Notes: generated by a model not told the origin, from the sequence alone. 64,000 bases of DNA from Solirubrobacterales bacterium (GCA_050697075.1 JBOGZC010000003.1:846-64845), one strand, 5' to 3'; numbered from the stretch's first letter, positions 1 through 8,912 are shown. Translations and numbers: made by a program.

Positions 1-2
1 TC

Positions 3-296
3 GTGCACGTGAGCCGCCCGTGGGCTCCATCGGCTGTCGCGCTCTATGCGCCGGCGGCCGCCGCGTTCATGGTCGCGAGCTTCTACACCTACGACCCCTA
101 CTACCTCCCGACCCTGGAGCGCTATTCGGACGGCGGCACCGGAGGTACGCCCGCGTCATGGATCTTCGTCGTGCTCGCCGTGTCGCTTGCCGTAGGCGTT
201 CTAGCCCATCTGCATCCGCGAGCTGGCAGCATCGCGACGGCCCCGACGTTGTTCTTAGTTCTGGTCTCGGTCAGTTTTTTGGGATACGGCCACTGA
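3..296 (+). CDS. C-terminal part of a multi-pass membrane protein (5' end outside the window); paralog of 14706..15206
   Basis: Frame is open to the window edge. Hydrophobic segments. Tail FYTYDPYYLPTLERYSDGG... aligns almost residue for residue with the 14706..15206 product. Confidence 0.6.
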   Translation: MHVSRPWAPSAVALYAPAAAAFMVASFYTYDPYYLPTLERYSDGGTGGTPASWIFVVLAVSLAVGVLAHLHPRAGSIATAPTLFLVLVSVSFLGYGH

Positions 297-384
297 GCAC
301 GGCGATTGGCCTCGACCTGTGATGGCGACGGCTGCAGAGCGCGTCCAATCGGTCCTCAGCGACGGCCGTGTGCTGCCGATGCGG

Positions 385-1107
385 TCACCTGGCATCTCGC
401 CGGTTGATCAGGTCGAAGTAGAGAAGTGCGGTTGTCAACGCCCCGAACGAGGCGGTGAAGGCGTGAATCGCAACGCTGAGGACAAATTCGACCGCGGAGG
501 CATCTCGGCCGCTCACGAAGGCATGCTCAACGAGCGTCGGCCCGACCAAAACGGCCGTAACCACCACAAAGAAGACGAAAATGTGCCCGTAGTGGCGGGC
601 AGTGAGTTCCGCGCTTCGCCGGAGTGCCGGCAACCACCCCTCGTGCTCGATCGCAGCTGCCTGCGCCACGACGTACCAGCGCAGCAGCAGGATGATCCCC
701 GGGACGATCAGGAGAACGAGGCCGGCGGTGATGCCGAAGCCCGACACAATCGCTGCCGCGACCACCACCGGGAGAACACGAAGCCCGCGCCGAGCAACGC
801 TCAGCACTCGCGGGTCGCGTTCCTTTCGCACGTCGTCAACCGCATGCACGTGGAGGGCCGAGATCAGCGGCCCGATTAGGACGGAGCTCAGCAGAAACAG
901 GGTCAGTGAGAGCTCGACGCTGAGGCCCTCACGTGCCGACGGGCCGGTTCCCGTCGCCGCGAGAACGATTACGTCGTACGGGACAACAACTCCGAGAGCG
1001 AGGACGAGAAACAGAATCGGATAACGGGAGTAGAGGCGGAAGGTCGCGAGTACGACCCGACTCGCGCGTTGGGGACTACGGAGCCCGAAATCGTCTGGTT
1101 CTGTCAT
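385..1107 (-). CDS. integral membrane protein, unknown function
   Basis: 240-aa ORF with about 6 hydrophobic helices. The overlapping plus-strand ORFs are low-complexity Arg/Pro shadows. Confidence 0.6.
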   Translation of the reverse strand: MTEPDDFGLRSPQRASRVVLATFRLYSRYPILFLVLALGVVVPYDVIVLAATGTGPSAREGLSVELSLTLFLLSSVLIGPLISALHVHAVDDVRKERDPRVLSVARRGLRVLPVVVAAAIVSGFGITAGLVLLIVPGIILLLRWYVVAQAAAIEHEGWLPALRRSAELTARHYGHIFVFFVVVTAVLVGPTLVEHAFVSGRDASAVEFVLSVAIHAFTASFGALTTALLYFDLINRRDAR

Positions 1108-1247
1108 CTAGAGATGGGCACAGCCGGAAGCCGTCCGCTCGGGCTGGTCTTCGGCAACCGCCGGGGTGGCTTAGAGTCTCGGTTAGGGTCCGGACACTCG
1201 CATGGACGAGGTTCCTAGCGCGTTGTGTGGGAGACGCGTCTAGGGCT

Positions 1248-2453
1248 CTACTTGGAGGCCACCTCACGCTCAAGGTAGGCCGCAAGCATCGCCGCCGCCT
1301 CGTCCTCGTGTCCGGGCATCAGGTGCCCGTAGCGGTCGAGGGTGACGGTGATCGAGGAGTGCCCCATGTAGGAGGAGAGCGCCTTGGCGTTGACCCCGGC
1401 GGCGATCATCAACGCCGCATAGGTGTGGCGGCACTCGTGGAGGCCGATCGGATTGAGGCCCGCCGCCTTCCAGCGTCCCTTGGCGCGGCGGGTCAGCTTC
1501 AGCGTGTCGATCGCTCTGTCTGCCCCCGACCCGAAGACCAGGTCTTCCTCTCCGCCACTGCTTTGCAGCTTGTGGCCCGCGAGCAGTGAGCGAAGCGGCT
1601 TCGCGAGCGGGACGCGCCTCCTTCCGGCGCGGCTCTTCGGCTCGATCGGGCCCTCCCTGTCGTCCCAGCCCTGCTCGACGCGGATTAGCCCCCGCTCGAA
1701 GTCGACGTCGCCCCAGCGAAGCCCCTTGATTTCTCCACGCCGAAGCCCGGCGTAGAGGGCGATCGCCCACGCGGGGCGATCTTCCGGGGGAAGGGCCTCG
1801 AGGAGGGCCTTGGCCTCGGCTGGGTGGGCTACCCGCTGCCGGCGGCCTCGGTTTGCCGGGAGCGCCAACCCTACGGTCGGGTTTACAAGCACCTCCGAGC
1901 GTGAGAGCGCCCGGCGATAGATCGTTTGGAGCGGGAGCAGGGCATTTCTGACCGTCGAAGGGCTCTTTCCCTTGGCCACCAGCTGGTCGACGAAGTTCTG
2001 GACGTGGGCCCGGGTCACCGAGGAGAGCCGAAGGTGGCCGAGCTCGGGGACGATCCTCGCCCGTAACGACTGCTCGTAGCCCCTGAGCGCGGAGGGTTTG
2101 TAGGGGGAGCCGGAGCGGGTTCTGACGACGCCCGAGCGGGCGGCCTCGAGCCATTCGTCGGCCGCCTGTTCGATCGTCGTCCGTGTCGGCGCCCGAAGGG
2201 TTCCGGTGCGAAGCGCCGCGTGGGTCTCTGCCCGCCAGGCGCGGGCGTCGGTGAGAGTTCGGAACGTCTTTCGGATCGTCTTTCGGTCGCGAGCGGAGAA
2301 GACCTGGGCCTGGTAGCCGGGGCGGCAGTCGCAGCTCGAGTGCTGACGGCTCGCGCAGGTGCGGGCGTGGCGGACGACGATCCCCTCGGGGTTTGGGCGG
2401 CGGGCGGCCACGCCCGACACATGTAGCTCTGATGCCGATCGATTGGAAGTCAA
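1248..2453 (-). CDS. tyrosine recombinase / phage-type integrase
   Basis: C-terminal catalytic region ...GLRRGEI...HECRHTYAALMIAAGVN...LSSYMGHSSITVTLDRYGHL (R..HxxR..Y signature). N-terminal SAM-like arm. Confidence 0.9.
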   Translation of the reverse strand: MTSNRSASELHVSGVAARRPNPEGIVVRHARTCASRQHSSCDCRPGYQAQVFSARDRKTIRKTFRTLTDARAWRAETHAALRTGTLRAPTRTTIEQAADEWLEAARSGVVRTRSGSPYKPSALRGYEQSLRARIVPELGHLRLSSVTRAHVQNFVDQLVAKGKSPSTVRNALLPLQTIYRRALSRSEVLVNPTVGLALPANRGRRQRVAHPAEAKALLEALPPEDRPAWAIALYAGLRRGEIKGLRWGDVDFERGLIRVEQGWDDREGPIEPKSRAGRRRVPLAKPLRSLLAGHKLQSSGGEEDLVFGSGADRAIDTLKLTRRAKGRWKAAGLNPIGLHECRHTYAALMIAAGVNAKALSSYMGHSSITVTLDRYGHLMPGHEDEAAAMLAAYLEREVASK

Positions 2454-2502
2454 GACCGGTGATAGCCCAGTGCTCGCGGTGCGCGTTAGGCTGGCTTCGA
2501 GA

Positions 2503-2667
2503 ATGGTGAGGCAGTTCGAGGTTCGAATCCATCACGAGGAAGGCTCCTATTGGGCAGAGATCCCCGAGCTTCCGGGCTGCTTTGCCGCCGGGGACTCGAT
2601 CGCCGAGCTGCTCGCCTCGCTTCGCGAAGGGATCGACCTATACCTGCCGGCGACGGAGACCGACTAG
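2503..2667 (+). CDS. HicB-like (UPF0150) antitoxin-fold protein, orphan
   Basis: 54 aa from the internal ATG: MVRQFEVRIHHEEGSYWAEIPELPGCFAAGDSIAELLASLREGIDLYL, typical HicB N-domain. No hicA-like partner seen. Confidence 0.55.
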   Translation: MVRQFEVRIHHEEGSYWAEIPELPGCFAAGDSIAELLASLREGIDLYLPATETD

Positions 2668-2715
2668 GACCGCCTGAGGCGTTGCCCACCCCCGGCCGGT
2701 CCGGCTTGTCGGGCC

Positions 2716-3522
2716 TCAGTGAGTCTCAACCGGAGGCGGATGCATTCCGCCCGTCAGCGAAAGCGTGTCGCTCGGGAGGTGAAGCGTTCCGGTGACGCCC
2801 TTCTTGCTCGTGAACTGCAGGTCGGCCCGAGGGCGATTCGAACCCTTCAGTTCGCCGACCGGCGCCTCGGTGATCCTCAGCGCTCCAGCGCCGGGGACGT
2901 TCACCTCGTCTGGGCTGTTACCAAGGCTCTCGTGATTCCAAACGATCAGGAACCTGCCCGACAGGCGCCCCTGGCTATATGGGGCTGCTCCGGCATAGAT
3001 CCAGAACGTGGTGTGGCCATTGGACGCCTGCCAACCGTTCGTAGTCGGGCTGAGCAGATCGCTTGAGACCGATCCGTCCCCAGCGGCGCCGTTAGGGAGC
3101 ATCTGAGCATGGAATGCCCTTGGCTGGGGTTTCTTGCGTGAGCCCCCTCGACGCTCCAGGCTCGGCATCACGGCCTTTGTGGCCTGGTGAAGCGTCTGGT
3201 CTGGATACAGGTGGCAGTAGGCGGACACCTTCGCCGCGTAGCGCTTGACGAGGCCGAAGTCGGCATTCACACGATCGGCGCCGAGGCGTTCAATCAGGCG
3301 CAGGCCGACCAGTGAGCGCATCTCGAGCTTCCCCTTCTCGCCCGGGGGGAGTGAATCGCATCGACTGTTTCCTCCTTGCTTGACGCTGACCTGTCGGAGA
3401 CGAGTCGTGGAGCTGGCACTCGGGTTCGAAGCCCCTCCGCCCCCCACTGAAGAGCCACCGCCCCCGCCGCAGGCTGAGAGGAAGACGGCCCCGGTCACAC
3501 AGACGACGACGGATGGCTTCAC
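2716..3522 (-). CDS. secreted lipoprotein, unknown function
   Basis: Signal peptide plus lipobox (VFLSAC followed by a Gly/Ser linker). GTGA start/stop overlap with the upstream gene. Confidence 0.6.
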   Translation of the reverse strand: MKPSVVVCVTGAVFLSACGGGGGSSVGGGGASNPSASSTTRLRQVSVKQGGNSRCDSLPPGEKGKLEMRSLVGLRLIERLGADRVNADFGLVKRYAAKVSAYCHLYPDQTLHQATKAVMPSLERRGGSRKKPQPRAFHAQMLPNGAAGDGSVSSDLLSPTTNGWQASNGHTTFWIYAGAAPYSQGRLSGRFLIVWNHESLGNSPDEVNVPGAGALRITEAPVGELKGSNRPRADLQFTSKKGVTGTLHLPSDTLSLTGGMHPPPVETH

Positions 3523-4172
3523 CGGGCAAGCCCAACTCGGTAGATCAGCCTCACGTTCTTGCTCCCTCTTCGGGGGCCGCCGCTACCGAGGTGAAAGCGG
3601 ACCTTCTGATGGAACACATAAGTGCCGGCGACCAGCGGATCCATTCCCCTCAAACCCTTCTCCAAGGCGATCGACTGCCTCACTCCGTGATGCGGCTCGG
3701 CCGTCAACCTGATCAGGACTGCATCACAGAACCCTGCCTGGATTGGGTGTCTACGAGTGGCCGGGATCCAGCCGCACCCCGGATCGAGAGCGAGCAGTCC
3801 TCGGTGACCGGGGTGGCCGATCAGGGCCGAGGTCCTTGTGTCCTCAAAGCGGGCCGGCCGCTCGGCGCTGTTTCGGAAGATGAAATCGTGGGTGAGCCAC
3901 GCGCTGCGTGGCCTGTCCTCGTGAGCGAGGTTTCCGACCGAGAGCGCGATCGGGCCAACCGTTCTTGGCCGGACGATGGCGTGAATTCGCCATCGGCCGA
4001 CCGTGAGGACGTCGGGCCGAGCCGCACCCGTCTCGGAGTGGGTCGCTGCTGCCGCCCGATCGGAGCCGTTGTCGAGCCCGCCGATCGCCACCCACACGGC
4101 GAGCGCACCAGCCGCAATCAGGAGCGTCAGGCCGATTGACAATCGCCACCTTCGGTGGCTCCGCGTGCACAT
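3519..4172 (-). CDS. membrane-anchored hypothetical protein
   Basis: N-terminal TM segment (LSIGLTLLIAAGALAVWVAIGG). Translationally coupled to 2716..3522. Confidence 0.5.
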   Translation of the reverse strand: MCTRSHRRWRLSIGLTLLIAAGALAVWVAIGGLDNGSDRAAAATHSETGAARPDVLTVGRWRIHAIVRPRTVGPIALSVGNLAHEDRPRSAWLTHDFIFRNSAERPARFEDTRTSALIGHPGHRGLLALDPGCGWIPATRRHPIQAGFCDAVLIRLTAEPHHGVRQSIALEKGLRGMDPLVAGTYVFHQKVRFHLGSGGPRRGSKNVRLIYRVGLAR

Positions 4173-4230
4173 GCTCGATGGCGTTTCGCCTACCTCCCCC
4201 CAGCAAGCACCTATTCGCGCCGGACCAGCT

Positions 4231-4236
4231 TACACT
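4231..4236 (+). promoter_or_regulatory. -10 box TACACT, 6 nt upstream of GTG 4243 (predicted leaderless transcript)
   Basis: TTACACTCGCcCCGTGA motif recurs at 13581, 18348 and 20639. No Shine-Dalgarno can fit in the gap. Confidence 0.45.
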
Positions 4237-4242
4237 CGCCCC

Positions 4243-4593
4243 GTGAGGCCCTCCGATCCGCTGAAAACAAGCGCTGTGGCGGCATTCGCCCTGCTCCTCG
4301 TCGCGGTTGTTCTCTTCGCCCTGGCCATCCCCTACTGGGTCTCCGACACGACCTGCCACTTCGAGAACCTCCCCGAAGGAACCACTGCCCACCGTCATCC
4401 CTCAGTCTGGCCGCTCGGAGCGACGTGTAGCTACACAAGTTGGGATGGGACCGCCGCCAGCTATGTGGATGGCCCCGGGACGGCTATCCAGTGGACCGTC
4501 TTCGGTCTGGTCGTAACCGCGACCGGGCTCCTAGCCCTGGGCACGGCTGTCTCCTTCCAGCGATGGCGAAAGGGCGCTGCCCAAGCTGCCTGA
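4243..4593 (+). CDS. two-TM membrane protein
   Basis: Start chosen at the GTG after the -10 box. Two hydrophobic helices flank a Cys-containing loop. Confidence 0.55.
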   Translation: MRPSDPLKTSAVAAFALLLVAVVLFALAIPYWVSDTTCHFENLPEGTTAHRHPSVWPLGATCSYTSWDGTAASYVDGPGTAIQWTVFGLVVTATGLLALGTAVSFQRWRKGAAQAA

Positions 4594-4597
4594 ACGG

Positions 4598-4762
4598 CTA
4601 GCCCTGGTAGCGAAAATAGAACTCAAGCCCGAGGAGACCAGCCCCGCCCACGAAGAGCAGGGCGAGCGAGAGCGCAACGTGATCCCGGACGAGTACTGCG
4701 CCCACGGCGAACAGCACGCAGACAGTCCGTAGTAGGGCCGCTGGCAGGCCGTAATTCTTCAC
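4598..4762 (-). CDS. possible small two-TM membrane protein (54 aa, not in the supplied ORF track)
   Basis: Hand translation: VKNYGLPAALLRTVCVLFAVGAVLVRDHVALSLALLFVGGAGLLGLEFYFRYQG*. Convergent with 4243..4593. Confidence 0.3.
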   Translation of the reverse strand: MKNYGLPAALLRTVCVLFAVGAVLVRDHVALSLALLFVGGAGLLGLEFYFRYQG

Positions 4763-4824
4763 GCCGTCACTATCGGCGCTAATGGCCCATTTCTACAGAG
4801 CAGGGCGATGTACGCTCGCAAACC

Positions 4825-4932
4825 ATGAAGCCGTGGGTACTCATTCCGTTGCTCGGCGTGCTTGTGTTCACGGGCTGCGCTGGCGGCAGCGACACCTCCG
4901 AGAGGTTCGCAAGCTCGCGGTCCAGGGTTTGA
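4825..4932 (+). pseudogene. lipoprotein signal peptide followed by an in-frame TGA at codon 36
   Basis: MKPWVLIPLLGVLVFTGCAGGSDTS... is a textbook lipobox. TACGCT box 8 nt upstream. The frame stays open after the TGA. Confidence 0.35.
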
Positions 4933-5042
4933 CCCGCAGGGGGTGGGGCGCCGCCTCCGGATCGCAAACTCGACCGTTACGAAGATCCTGTTTCCCGAGA
5001 CAGCGAGGATCTGGGCGCAGCGAAGTGTCGATCACGAGCGCG

Positions 5043-5854
5043 CTACTGGGACGGCTGGTACGGGGAGGTGGTGATGTTTGACGGCAGGCGCTGCGACGCA
5101 GCTTCGTACCTATACGAACGCCGTCGCTCGCAATTGTCCGCGACCTCCGACCGCCGATTCGTCAGCACGAAGTCGAATCCGCCACCGCAGAAGATGCGGT
5201 TGCGTCCCCGGAAATCGACGATGACATCGTTACCGGCCTTCCCGCGAAGAACATCTGGGCCGCCGTTCCCGCTCAGAAAGTCCTTGCCTTCATCGCCTTT
5301 TACATAGTCGCTGTCCGCGCCTCCCGAGACCTCGTCGCCTCCTGGGGAACCGGCGAGTGTGTCGATGCCGCGTCCTCCGTGATCGAGTCGTCCCCCTTGC
5401 CTCCGAGAACCTGGTCGCGGCCGGTGCCGCCGCTGATCGAATCGTCGCCCGCTCCACCCGCGATCCCGTCCGAGTTCCGACCACCGTCGATCGTGTCGGC
5501 TCCTTCGACGCCCGCGATGATGTCGCCGCCGCGCTGGCCGTAGATCCGGTCCTTCCCGCGCATGCCGCCGATGACGTCAACGCCGTTCTCCCCGTAAAGA
5601 CAGTCGGAGGCTCGCCACCCGAAGATGGTGTCGCTCCGGCCGCCGCCTCGAAGGAGATCGCGACGAGGACCGCCGTTCATCGTGTTGCTTTTCAAGTGAT
5701 CGCCTTCAAGCGCCTTCCCGTTCGGGTTGCATCCCGGCGGGTACTGGTCCGGCGGGATCGGGGTGACGGCTGCGTAGGCGGACGCCGCCGCGATGAGCAT
5801 CGCAAGCGCCGCGAGGAAGGCCAGGGACGGCCTCACTCGGCGGGGGGTCGGCAT
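5043..5854 (-). pseudogene. RTX (hemolysin-type Ca-binding repeat) secreted protein, single-nt frameshift near 5375-5380
   Basis: 5300..5854 matches the intact paralog 30756..31556 up to GDDSIT. The paralogous C-terminus (GGRGID...GGADSDYVKGDEGKDFLSGNGGPDVLRGKAGNDVIVDFRGRNRIFCGGGFD) continues in another frame down to 5043. Confidence 0.65.
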
Positions 5855-5857
5855 CGG

Positions 5858-6364
5858 TCAGTCCAGGCCCCATACGACCGAATCGGCTGCACACGGGAGA
5901 CGAGGATGATGGTGACCCTTCCGGTGCGGTGGGTGATGCCTCGGCCTGGGACGGCCTCCGCTAACCGCGATGTTGTTCGGCCGTCTCCGCGCCTCCCTGG
6001 TCACCTTCGCCTTCAGGCGATCCGCCCCGCTGATATCGGCCTTCATCGACCACGCGCCGCCGTCGCTCGTGATGTCCAGGTCGAGGAGCTGCGTCCTGCC
6101 GCTCGGATAGTGCGCGGTCAGCTTCACGAGGCGGTTTATCTGACAAACCTCGCGGTGCGAGATCACCTGCCCGCCAATCAAGGCCTTCGCGCCGCCGAGC
6201 TCCACGGTTTCGTCGTGGGTGATCGTGCTGGTAATCGAGATCACCGTTACCGGTCCGCTATGGACGTGTCCCGACGCGATCCCGCCTTCGAGTGTCAGCG
6301 CGGCGACCATGGCGGCGATCCCGAGTACCGCGATGAACCGCCTCGCTCGCCGTCCTGTCGGCAT
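5858..6364 (-). CDS. secreted His-rich protein, tandem paralog of 6368..6835
   Basis: Signal peptide. Shared blocks GQVxSHRExCQ, AHYPxGRTQLLD, SGADRLKAKVT. His-rich tail and C-terminal C..A.SV.WGLD. Confidence 0.65.
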   Translation of the reverse strand: MPTGRRARRFIAVLGIAAMVAALTLEGGIASGHVHSGPVTVISITSTITHDETVELGGAKALIGGQVISHREVCQINRLVKLTAHYPSGRTQLLDLDITSDGGAWSMKADISGADRLKAKVTREARRRPNNIAVSGGRPRPRHHPPHRKGHHHPRLPCAADSVVWGLD

Positions 6365-6367
6365 CGC

Positions 6368-6835
6368 TCAGTCGAGTCCCCAGGCGACGGACGCCGCCTC
6401 GCAGAGGACCCTGCGGTGATGGCCGTGGTGTGCCTTGTGATGGCCTGGAGGGTGATGCGTGGCTCCGGGGCGGCCTCCGGACGTAACAATGGCCGTCGCG
6501 CCAGCGGAGACCACCACCTTCGTCACCTTTGCCTTCAGGCGATCCGCGCCGCTGAGGTCGGCCTTCATCGCCCAGGCGCCACCGGCACTCGATATGTCGT
6601 CATCGAGGAGCTGGGTCCGGCCGTTCGGGTAATGCGCCTTCAGCTTCACGATCCGGAAGAACTGGCAGATCTCCCGATGCGAAGTCACCTGTCCGCTCAG
6701 AAGGGACTTCCCGTCGCCCAGGTCGACGGTGCTCTCGTACGTGATCGTGGTGGGGGCCGGGCTTCGCCCGACCGCCGACGTAACGCCGAGCAGAAGCACG
6801 AGTCCGGTCAACAGGGCCACGATCCATCGCTTCAT
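6368..6835 (-). CDS. secreted His-rich protein, tandem paralog of 5858..6364
   Basis: Start at MKRW with GGAAGGAG upstream. Tail HHPPGHHKAHHGHHRR. 3-nt gap to the next gene. Confidence 0.7.
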   Translation of the reverse strand: MKRWIVALLTGLVLLLGVTSAVGRSPAPTTITYESTVDLGDGKSLLSGQVTSHREICQFFRIVKLKAHYPNGRTQLLDDDISSAGGAWAMKADLSGADRLKAKVTKVVVSAGATAIVTSGGRPGATHHPPGHHKAHHGHHRRVLCEAASVAWGLD

Positions 6836-7135
6836 CCCCCGACTCCTTCCAGTAGCTGGAAGCACCCTACCCGGAGGCGACCGAGTCGAGGATCTTCCAG
6901 GAATCCTCCTCGGAGCTCGCGAGAGGGAGTCCCGACGCAACAATGCGTCAAGGCGTCAAGGAAGCGAGGGTTTTCCTGATGAGCCTCGTGGTTACGCCTC
7001 GGGCAGCTACACACCCGACCTCGCGGACTGTGCGACCGGAAGGCCGCCTGGTGAATCCTCGGCCTATGACTGGCCGGCGATGTTTCCCGCGAAACCCAGG
7101 AGCGCGGGGGCGCAGGGGTACACTCGCAACGGACG

Positions 7136-7567
7136 ATGCTGGCGTGGCTCGTAAGCCTCGTACTCGCGGTTCCCGCAGGAGGAGTAGCTGCTCCGCCGCG
7201 ACCGATTCACTCGTCCGGGGCGCCCCCTCGCACGCAGTGCATCACCCTCGCCCTAGGCCGACACGGCGACGTGCGCAAACCCTGCGGCCATCGCGTCACC
7301 ACCCACACTTGCGCCGACGTGCGGCTACCCGCCCCCCGGGGTGACGCCGGCCCCGTTAGCGCCAAGGCTGTCGGTTGCCGAAAGGCCCGACAAATGGTCC
7401 GCCGCGCCGTGAGTCCGAGCAGGTGCCGAGGCAACGGTACGGCCCCCTGCCGCGTCGCTGGTTTCGCTTGCCGACAAGACTATGTAGGTGGCGGCATCAT
7501 CGGCGTTACTTGCATGGCGGGCGCTCGCAAAGTCAGCTGGCTTTGGGGCGGCTATGTGGCCCGGTGA
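7136..7567 (+). CDS. secreted Cys-rich protein ending in a W-x-W-G-G-Y module
   Basis: Signal peptide MLAWLVSLVLAVPAGG. The C-terminal Cys pattern and ...KVSWLWGGY parallel the C-terminus of 24828..25478 (...EVQWEWGGY). Confidence 0.5.
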   Translation: MLAWLVSLVLAVPAGGVAAPPRPIHSSGAPPRTQCITLALGRHGDVRKPCGHRVTTHTCADVRLPAPRGDAGPVSAKAVGCRKARQMVRRAVSPSRCRGNGTAPCRVAGFACRQDYVGGGIIGVTCMAGARKVSWLWGGYVAR

Positions 7568-8006
7568 ACCGTTGCCGCCGCTATAGGCCCACAACCGCAC
7601 GGAGCGGCCAATGATCCCTTGTCGGCCGCATCCCCGTCTTGAGGTTCCCTCACAGCCTCCGATCGAGTTCGTGTAAACGTCGCCCTCGACGTAGACCCCC
7701 GCCGGATGGTGGATGATGCGATGGTCAGGAACGGGGCCTTGAGCGGCTGGTGTGCCTGCCAATCGTCGCTGAAGATAACCGCTGAGGGATTGACGTTCGC
7801 CACGGCTTCTCGACTAGCGGGGCGCGACGAGAGGCGAACACGCGGAGGCGAACCCGGCCACCGCGCGTCACGGTCGGCGGTTCTAACTCCGCACACGGGG
7901 ATGAATCTGCGGGAGGTCAGCAGCCGGCCGAGTAGTGCACTCATGATCGGCACCGCCGTCGGTAGGCGATCTGCTTGAAGCGCTGCTGGTTCGCTAACGG
8001 CGAGTC

Positions 8007-8333
8007 TTAGAACGGGCTGACGACGTCGATCAGGTTGATGCAGCCGGATAGCTGCTTCGGGAAGCGCCGGGAAGACGCCCGCTCAACTCGGGTTGCATCC
8101 CAGCAGCCGAAGGAGCGCGTCTTCACGGCGTAGTCCACCGCGCTGCTGCCCCCGTTGGCCGGCATGGAACATTCCCAGCGCCCGTCGCCCCCGTCCTTGC
8201 ACCCGTTCAGGTCCCCGCTGCCCACAGAGTGCGACAGCGCGTCCCCGTCCACTCCGAGGATGGTCGCTGGCCGGTAGCAGAACGCCGCTACTGCCAGAAG
8301 CAGGACCGCCACGACGGTCAAGGCCTTCAACAT
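8007..8333 (-). CDS. membrane-anchored Cys-containing protein; paralog of 8913..9365
   Basis: N-terminal TM. Shared motifs W.C, GCWDATR and SGC near the C-terminus. Confidence 0.6.
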   Translation of the reverse strand: MLKALTVVAVLLLAVAAFCYRPATILGVDGDALSHSVGSGDLNGCKDGGDGRWECSMPANGGSSAVDYAVKTRSFGCWDATRVERASSRRFPKQLSGCINLIDVVSPF

Positions 8334-8356
8334 GGCCCGCGCAGTATCTCGCGAGG

Positions 8357-8362
8357 TAGGCT
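8357..8362 (+). promoter_or_regulatory. -10 box TAGGCT, 6 nt upstream of ATG 8369 (leaderless)
   Basis: Same arrangement at 11265 for the paralogous gene. Confidence 0.45.
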
Positions 8363-8368
8363 CGCCCC

Positions 8369-8839
8369 ATGCGGAGGGTGGTTGCGCTAGCGATGGTCGT
8401 AGCCGTGCTGGCGCTCGGGTGGGCCGGGTGCGGCGGCTCGGATTCCGATCAGCAGCAGGTGGCCGCCGTAATCACGGGCTACTACGTCGCCCGCGCCAGC
8501 GGTGATGGTGAGAGCGCGTGTACCTACTTGACCTCGGAGGCGCAGGCGGCGGCCACTCATCAGATCAATCAGGTGCTTCGCAGGACTGGACATGTACCGC
8601 AGGCGAGCTATAGCTCCTGCGCTGACGCTCTCAGCTCGCTGGGGCACTCCGATGCCGACGCGCTCAGGAACGTTCAGGTGCGCGACGTAACCGTTTCCGG
8701 AGAATCGGCTCAGGCAATGGCGCGCACGACCTCCCGACAACGGCAAGGGCGCACCTCAACCGCCTCAATCGTCGAGTTCCGCTTGACCAAGACGAGCGCC
8801 GGGTGGAAGATCGATAAGTACCTTGCGATAGCCGCGTAG
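8369..8839 (+). CDS. lipoprotein, NTF2-like or DUF4878-like; paralog of 11278..11751
   Basis: MRRVVALAMVVAVLALGWAGCGG lipobox. C-terminal ...TKTSAGWKID pattern. Confidence 0.7.
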   Translation: MRRVVALAMVVAVLALGWAGCGGSDSDQQQVAAVITGYYVARASGDGESACTYLTSEAQAAATHQINQVLRRTGHVPQASYSSCADALSSLGHSDADALRNVQVRDVTVSGESAQAMARTTSRQRQGRTSTASIVEFRLTKTSAGWKIDKYLAIAA

Positions 8840-8912
8840 CCCAGCGCCGCGAGGTGAGCCACCACCCGCACCGGAGGCAGCGAGAATAGGTTGAAGCCGA
8901 CTGCCCCGTACG

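Noticed and set aside
5357-6979. A 540-aa plus-strand ORF and many other long ORFs, including 1270..2535, 33773..34954, 34477..35835, 35696..36652, 38068..39156, 39267..40196, 42456..43460, 44710..45363 and 61586..62431.
   Set aside because: They overlap well-supported genes on the other strand or frame. Their translations are Arg/Pro/Gly/Ala low-complexity strings, typical of open shadow frames in very GC-rich DNA.
7325-7762. A 145-aa minus-strand ORF overlapping 7136..7567.
   Set aside because: It is mutually exclusive with the plus-strand ORF. The plus-strand ORF has a signal peptide and a C-terminal module shared with 24828..25478. The minus ORF has no signal, motif or paralog. The 7570-8000 stretch was left unannotated.
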